DNA of 55,249 nt, counting the filler, from Sphacelaria rigidula (lineage: Eukaryota), in assembly GCA_964200075.2 (NCBI GenBank). It is 6 parts of 6 records of this genome, joined end to end, with 100 filler letters (N's around TTAATTAATTAA, not from the genome) between each part and the next. Parts side by side here need not be neighbours in the genome. Positions count along the whole stretch, not along the records: positions 46,126 to 55,249 come from CAXNAA020009244.1; 5 more parts are not named here. The stretch is one strand, 5' to 3'. The translations under genes and the position numbers were made by a program. The notes under the pieces are model-generated. The model saw only the letters and a list, made by a program, of their open reading frames with translations, made no database searches and was not told the DNA's origin. Position 1 is the first letter of the stretch, and the number at the start of each line of letters is the position of its first letter. Positions 48,234-55,249 of this stretch are shown piece after piece.

Positions 48234-49878
48234 TACACAAATTCCCAGTCACTCCATTTTCGACAGTGTCAAAAGAAGAAAACCGGCGGAACGGGGGAAG
48301 GCGTCATCGGGTGGCAATCGAAAAACCCGCAACCGTTCCCCCCACAGTGCCCCGACAAGGCGAGTATTATGTAGCCAAGCCGTACAAAAACACGACGCGC
48401 GGCCGCCAGCATCTCCCGTTGTCAGCAGTATTAACCGAGGCAATGGTTTAGTAGTCCATCGTATCTCATCCCCACGGTATCCCTCGACAACAGCAGTATC
48501 CGAACGCCGCGTAAGGACAGCAGAGGGCACCCTGCGTCGTCAGAATGATGCCACCAGCAATACCCCTGCGGGCGGCAGCAGCCGACACGGCAACAGTAGT
48601 CTAATGCCATATGGCCAAGAGCAAGGACAGCAACGACGGCGAAGACGACAACGACGACGACCTCTTTACATAGCGCTGGCGACGACAAGACAACGAGAAA
48701 AATCGCCGCGACAAATTGCGCAGGAAAAATTGAACGTGAAAGGAGCAGATGACCGTCATCGCCACGCAGGCTATGGCGATGAAGGCGTCCGACAGGAGGT
48801 GCTGGAAGGAAATCTTGTGAGGGGGTGGATGGACATAGAGGAGCACTCCCGATGGCCAGTCAGCCAATGCACACCTTCTCTCGTGAAGCCCCGCGCGCGA
48901 AGCGCGCCTGCCCGGGGTCAGACCATAGCTCACGCCATCACAGGTTGCTGCAATGGGATACCGGCGACACCGGAAATTCTGAAGGACACTAGGCGACTGT
49001 TACGACGGTGGGACAGATCTTCGCGGGCTCAGAGAGTCATCCTCTTGGAGGTTTTGGCTGATCTGCTCGCTACCGATTCGAGCAGAAGTCCAGGCGACGA
49101 TAATCACTACGCATGTCATTCAAGGCAACGGCTGGAAACTCTAGGCGGGACACATGCCGTTGACGACGCTTGCCAACCAATAAAGCGATGGTCAGGAGTG
49201 CAAGCAATGGATGCAAGTGGATTTGACGGCGGATATGGGGGTGGCGGAAGCTTGAGCTACTACCGAAAGATGAGTAACAGGGTAGGTAAATCTGCGTCTA
49301 AGTATGAACAGGAGGGGGGGAGTATCGCGTGTTTATCTGGTGGTGGTGGACTCCGGGCGGCCACTCGCCCACCGCCCGCTACTGTGGGCTCAGGCCCCGT
49401 CGGAGTGGACCAGTCACGATGTCATCGCAAGTTCGTATCGATGATAGAAAAGCACTCACTTTGCGAGACCCAAAATAAATGTGGGGGGGTTGCTACCGTT
49501 CCCTCTGTATTACAACCCAATAGTGATCAATGCAAACAGTATAGCGTACATTGCGCCAACAGGAACAGCTGTAACAACAGCAGCACCCCAGGGTTTGTGG
49601 CGCTTCTCGGACCCTACACCAGCCTGCTCGCAATGCGGGTCGCCTCGTATCTGCGGACATCACATACCTCCGGGCACGAGGTGGGGGCGTGCCTGCGCGT
49701 CGCGACCCAATTGGTGAATGCGCTGTCAGCATTAAAGCCGATCGCCGGTCCTTGTTGCCGCAATTGTGGGGAATGTGACGGCGGTGGCAGCGGTCGCGCC
49801 ACCATCAGTAGTGATCACATGAGTTCGTCCAGTTTGCAACATTTCTCGGCGGTGGAGGTGGTTCAAACTTCCTTGGAG
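47695..49878 (+). CDS. ARMH1 (C1orf228)-like armadillo-helical protein, exon 1
   Basis: 728 codons to a GAG/GTGAGG donor. Blocks LLRRWDRSSRAQRVILLE, SLLAMRVASYLRTSH and HFSAVEVVQTSLE parallel recalled ARMH1 blocks (WD......R..IL, SLFL.R....LR.TY, FLEVGGV.TLLE). Confidence 0.65.
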
Positions 49879-50340
49879 GTGAGGCGTTCAAAGGATTGGG
49901 TATCATGTTTACTTTTTCCGGGTTTCAGAATAGTTCTTGTTTGTCCCCACATTTGTTTTCAGAGGATTTGACCAGTTCCACGGACAGGGCAGCAATATCT
50001 CGTCGCAGAGAAACTGAGGCAAAGGTCAGCGTTCGTGGTAGCAAAAGAAGAAGGCGGAGGTGCTACGGGAGAACCATGCGCCCAGCCGTGTGTGAAATCT
50101 ACAGTTACACAGCGTTGTCGCGGCCTGGGCTGTCGGCAAATTATTTCTGAGCCAACGTGGCGTGAGTTCTTACAGGTACCCACGCGGACACAAGAGTTCC
50201 ACTCACCGCCCACGCTGTTGTGCATAGCACCAAGTATCACCATGTAGCTCGAATGATTCACGACTGTAATATATACGACGGGGGCGGCAGCTGGAGCTAT
50301 TTCGATCACCCCCTCTTGCCCCAATCGCCGAACGACCCAG

Positions 50341-53025
50341 GTAATAAAAAATGCCGCTGGGAAGCTGCGCAGCCAGCACCACGAGAAGCAATCATACTGC
50401 CACCTCGAACAACAACAACAACAACACCAACAAACATCCACCGTCGTTGCGGCATCACAAGCTGATTGCGCGGACGCTCTACGGCTACTGGTGGCGATCG
50501 TCCGAGCCACAGCGCGAAACCCTCCCCAAACCGGCCGAGGCGGTGGCAGCGATGCGGCAGTCGCCGCCGGAGACGAAACCTTGAAAGAATGCCTGACCCT
50601 ATCGATCCCCCGATCACCGTCACTCTCATCGGGTAATCCCATTATCATAAACGCAGTCGACTGCGTGATGAGCGCAATCTGGGGACCGGCGGGAGATTGC
50701 TGCAGCTCGGAAACGCGTGTGGCGGGGGGGCAGCTTCTCATCGAGCTAGGACGGGACAACCCGCGGGGGGTCGCAAAGGTCTGGAATGCTGTGCTATGCT
50801 TGTTCGGGTCGCTGGAATCAGGGGGGGTGGAAGACGGTGACACTCCTGCATACGACGGTCAAATTCTCGGATGCCAAATCGCCACCGCACTTTTGAGAGC
50901 AAGTCAGAACGACGATAGCGGTAGCGACCGGAGCATCCATGGAACAGCTCGAAGCCGGAGGGGTTCCAGTGGTGAAAGCCGTGGTAAGGGGTGCACGCGG
51001 ATAGTTGAGGATCATGAGGGAAAAATGGCGGCAGGAGCACCGCCGTTCCCACCCGATAGACCTGAGCCGAGGATTGACAATCAGACTTCCACGACACCTG
51101 AAGTTCTCATCGTGCCCTCTGTGCTGAACCTGACCTTGTCCGACTACCCCGGCGTGCGATCGGCCGCTTGCGAGCTTGCGAGTGTACTGGCGAGAATACC
51201 TGGTCCGTGTTGCTACCTTCTCGCAGCTGGGATGTCTGGAATTTTAGGAATGATCTCTGGCATGAATCGCGGCGCGCCATTGTCATGGCTCGTCACGCGC
51301 GATCAACACGCAAAAGCTAGCCACAGTGGCGGAGATTCGTCGTGCCGGAAGAATCCAGACGGACAAGAACAAGGCAGCACGAGAGGCCACAAGAGATTCC
51401 GAGCACCGGCATTATTCGTGCGAGATATCCCAGGGACTCCGGAGCGTCCTTCTCGCAGAAGTGACAGCAGTCCCGTGGGTGGGTATGAGCAAGGAAGTTG
51501 CCGCGACAAGAGTCCCCGAGACAAGGCGACAAGTGAGATGGACGGATACTGTGGCAGTCGTAGCGGCATCACAAGCAGCAGCAAGCGCAGCACGGAGAGC
51601 ATACCACGACTTCCAGGTGATGAGTTGATCACGCAGGATCCAAACGGGTTTGTGGGGAAAAGCGACCACGGTCTCGACGACCAGAGTTGTGTCAATTCAT
51701 TTGCGGTTAGAGCCGGCGAGTCGGAAACATATGTCTTGGGCGGCTCAAGCGGTGTAGGGGAGAGAAACGTTGTGGGAACACAACAGGGCAGCCGAGACGC
51801 TGCTTCTCCAAGCCCCCCGCCGACCCGAACAACATCAGCATCAGTAAAAGAGGGTTGCCGTCTCCGCGCTGAGACAACACCAGCAGGCAATGCAGCCATG
51901 GCGGCGATAACCTTAATCCGCGACATCGTTGTTCCTTATTCGTCGCGAACGGTCGGGGCATTTCCCCGCAGAACAAGTGATGGGGATCAACCTGATGCCG
52001 ACGACAGCGATGACGACGACAGCGATGACGACGACGACGAGGACGATGACGATGATGATAAAGGTTGCGTGACCCCGGCTTCAACGAGTCCAAGAGTACA
52101 CCAAAGAAGTGAAGATCGAGTTAATGCTGGTGGTCGTAGTGGCGATGGTGACGGTGAGGTGTGCTCGAGGGTAAGGGCTCGAAGGAAGTCAACAAAGGAT
52201 ACACGGGATGGAAGTTATGGCAGCGATGACCATGTGGGCAGAGCTCTTTCGGCCGCCCTCGCTCCGCTGGCGATGCTCGACCTCGTGGTTGCCCTACGTG
52301 TTCCTCCGAAGACCATGACAAAATCAGCATGCAACGGGCCCACTCTAACTTCGCCTCGTTTGAAGCAGGGGGGCGACGGGGAGGGGGATCACGCAGAATG
52401 GGTACGACGAGAAGGAGGTGGTGGTGACCGTGAAGGCGACACAAGAACGTGTTTCGTAACCCAATCACCAACGACCTCTACAACCGATCTCGATTGTCCT
52501 CTTCCTCCTGCTGCAGCCGAGGTTATTAATAACACGGCGGAAACAAGAAAACACCGCAGCAGCAGCTGCTGCTGCAGTGGGAGTTGTAGATGTTTCGCAG
52601 AGCGATATGCGGAGGTAGAGGGCGATAGAGGGGGGATCATTGACGGGTGTTCCGGTGGACACAACGAAACACCAGCAAAAAGACAGGTAGACAACAATGC
52701 GTCACTTGATCATTCCGATTTTGACGGTGGCGCTGAGGATGATGCGGGTACGGGTACGATACGTGTGGAAGAGTGTCGCCATCACGATAATGCTACGGAC
52801 GGAGGTCGAGGTGGCCGCCGTCGTTACCGCGGCAGCAATGACTCTGGTGTTTCAAGGTTTCACCACGAAGGATGTGGTCCCACTGTTGCTGCAGAAGAGA
52901 AAGAGCGTGTTTGCGGTGCAACGGCCGAGGCGCTGGTAGTCATGTATCATCACTACGGCGGTTGGGGGCGGGGGAGAGGCGGTGCCGGCCCTTCTCTGGG
53001 CATGCTCGAGAGACCGGATCAAAAT
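50341..53025 (+). CDS. ARMH1-like protein, exon 2
   Basis: CAG acceptor (phase 0), 895 codons, GTGAGT donor. Blocks ALRLLVAIV, ETRVAGGQLLIELGRDNPRGVAKVWNAVLCL and IVPSVLNL...VRSAACEL occur in ARMH1 order. Confidence 0.65.
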
Positions 53026-53565
53026 GTGAGTACCTCGTGTAGTGGTGAGAGGTCTACCACGAAACAAATAACGGGATCTTCTATCCACTTTATATATGAC
53101 GAAACCAGAACTTGCCAGTTAACTTGAAATGAGTGCTGTAATCCTGTTTGGCTGGGTGCAATGTGTATGGCGAATCCATGTTCGTTGACAACTCCGTGCT
53201 GTCCCGCACTTCTTTTTCTGGTGCTGCATGAAGGTTGAGTAGGCAACCCAACGCACCCCAATTTGGGTCAGGAAATCGTATCAGATCTGGGTCTTATATG
53301 TGATAAAAATCGCTTACAAACATGGGGGACGAGTTGAACCGTGCGATACCGTCAATCGAGGCGACGAATTCCCCTGCAGGGACACATCGAGGTGTACTGT
53401 CCCATCCTTACAAAGTTAGCGCATGAGACAAACGCTGCGTTGCTCGCCTGAGCAAGATCTATCTGATATCTTGAAGACGTTGGAAATCCGACAGCTTGAT
53501 CTGACAGCCCTCTGAAGCATCATTGTACTGATCCTAGTGTGCGAATTCCGGTTGATATCCAACAG

Positions 53566-54298
53566 GGCGACGACGGCGGCGAGAAGGGTCTAAAAGGCAT
53601 GATCGATGCCACGCTGGATCGCTGTCCCGGATTCTTGCGGTGCATCCGCGCTGCCGATGCTGTGAGCTTATCGATGAAGCTATCCTCTTCTGCATCCTGC
53701 CGTCTTTGTCACAGCCCCAATGGCGACGAACGAGAGGAGGACGGTGGTGGAGATGGTGAGCGCACCGGGCGCGGGAACCGCGCGACATGCAGCTACAACA
53801 ACAACTCCGACCGCCGTCGCGATTGTTGTAGAAACAGAAAAGAGCTTGAAATACTGCGCGAGAACCTCACCCTGCAGGCAGATCGTGTTGGCCGGGTCAG
53901 ACCACCGTCGTTCTCCCTGCCACGGACACCGTTGAGAACCTCAAAGCCAGCCGAAGGTGTGTCGACGTTCGACGAGGACTCGCGAGACGGAGACGGCGAT
54001 GCTGACAACGACGAAGACGATGATGCCGGGATGACACTCCGGCATCCCGCCATTGCCTCCTCGAGACATGATGAACGGAGAGGTGCCCTCCGTGAACAGC
54101 AGCAACACCGACAACAAGAACCGCGGCAATCTTTTTACCGCCACCAGTATCACTATCGCCGCCGCCGTCGTCCCGGTCGTTGTCGCACACCGCGAAACAC
54201 AAAACCAGTACCCGCGCCGGTCACGGTGAGCATCTTGCGAGAGAAACAAAAAAGACGGCAAGAACGCCGTCACAGCCGACAGCAGCAGCAGCAGCTGC

Positions 54299-54347
<49 letters not shown>

Positions 54348-54795
54348 GACCTCGCTTCTCCCAGGACCCCGCAACAATCGTTGTACCTCGCCTGCCGAAG
54401 AAGTTGATCGTCTCAGAACAAAAACGCAACACGCGGAAACCGGTGGGGCCGAAAACCGGAAGAGGGTACAAGCGGCAGCAGCTACGGCGAGGGGCCCCGC
54501 GACCATTGCGGGGACATTCGTCGCAACCACCACTGAACGAGAAGGGGAAGATGACAGTTCGCTTTTCACCGCAGCCTGGGGTATTCCCGCAAGACCACGA
54601 CGTGGGATCAAAGATTGGGGGCCGGAAGATTGGGGGGAGGAGGCGCCGACTATGGCTATGCTTACCGCCCCTGGGGCTAGGAGGCCGCCTTCCGGAGAGG
54701 GTGGGGGTGAGGGTAGGGGTGAGGATGAACGTAAGGGTGGGGGCAAGACTTGGAGAGGGGGGCCCATCTGGCAAGCTGTTTTCGGAGGTAACTGA
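53566..54795 (+). CDS. ARMH1-like protein, last exon (low complexity, polyQ)
   Basis: Phase-0 CAG acceptor at 53563-53565 within the 418-aa ORF. Ends at TAA. Confidence 0.55.
54298..54345 (+). repeat. (CAA)16 coding microsatellite (polyQ)
   Basis: Perfect trinucleotide run. Confidence 0.95.
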
Positions 54796-55127
54796 AAGGA
54801 AACGTTTGGGTTATTTTCCAGCGTGTGTAGTTCTTCTTAGTGCCGACCGACCTGCTGCCACGAGAAATCTTCTCCCCATGTTCTCTAGTGAGTGATCAAT
54901 ACGCTCGTGTTTTGGTTCACCTGTGCCATATGGAGTAGTTGGGAATTTTCATCTCTGTATTGAAGTAGCTGTCTTCTGCGAACGTATCTCAAAGTTCAGC
55001 TTCGCGAGAGTACCATTTGTTGTTTTTGCTCTCGCTCCTGACTCCTCCGCTTCCTCGCGACGAGTCCGTGGCCCCATGGAATTAAGCCATCTGTATCTCT
55101 CCCCTCCCCCTCCCCCCCCCCGGTAGG

Positions 55128-55155
55128 TACGACTAAGGCAAGCAACAAGTAAGTA
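55128..55155 (+). mobile_element. Minimal family A 3' end with a clear C-run-containing target-site duplication
   Basis: tacgactaaggcaagcaacaagtaagta flanked on both sides by CCCCCCCCCCGGTAGG. Confidence 0.8.
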
Positions 55156-55249
55156 CCCCCGCCCCCCCCCCGGTAGGATATAGTATCAGGATTGATGTTC
55201 GCGGATGATTTTGTGGGGATTTCAGGAACACCACAAGGACTACAGACAC

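Noticed and set aside
49959-54774. Minus-strand ORFs of 294, 207 and 277 aa, including polyL/polyC runs
   Set aside because: Antisense readings of the ARMH1-like exons and their CAA repeat.

Overview
Eukaryotic, intron-rich DNA whose gene families and repeats are most consistent with a brown alga (Phaeophyceae, Ectocarpus-like; inference). The window is not one locus. It is six contigs of 9125/9124 bp joined by identical 100-bp N-TTAATTAATTAA-N spacers, so adjacency across spacers has no biological meaning. Contig 1 (1-9125) has the last exon of an SMP-30/NHL-type beta-propeller gene plus repeats. Contig 2 (9226-18350) has MUS81 exons. Contig 3 (18451-27575) has a secreted Thr/Pro/Met-rich mucin-like gene. 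Contig 4 (27676-36800) has an internally deleted Ty1/copia element and a Pmp-repeat membrane receptor-like gene. Contig 5 (36901-46025) has a gene that appears to join a bipartite plastid presequence, an AP2 DNA-binding domain, a ~1100-aa repeat-containing linker and plant-type MSH1 (MutS domain I), head-to-head with an ABCG-like first exon. Contig 6 (46126-55249) has a TA-flanked MITE with an internal hairpin and a greatly expanded ARMH1-like gene. The two most interesting signals are the AP2-MSH1 fusion and two related non-LTR retroelement families whose 3' ends almost always sit in poly(C)/poly(G) tracts. All homology calls come from motif recognition by eye, not from database searches.
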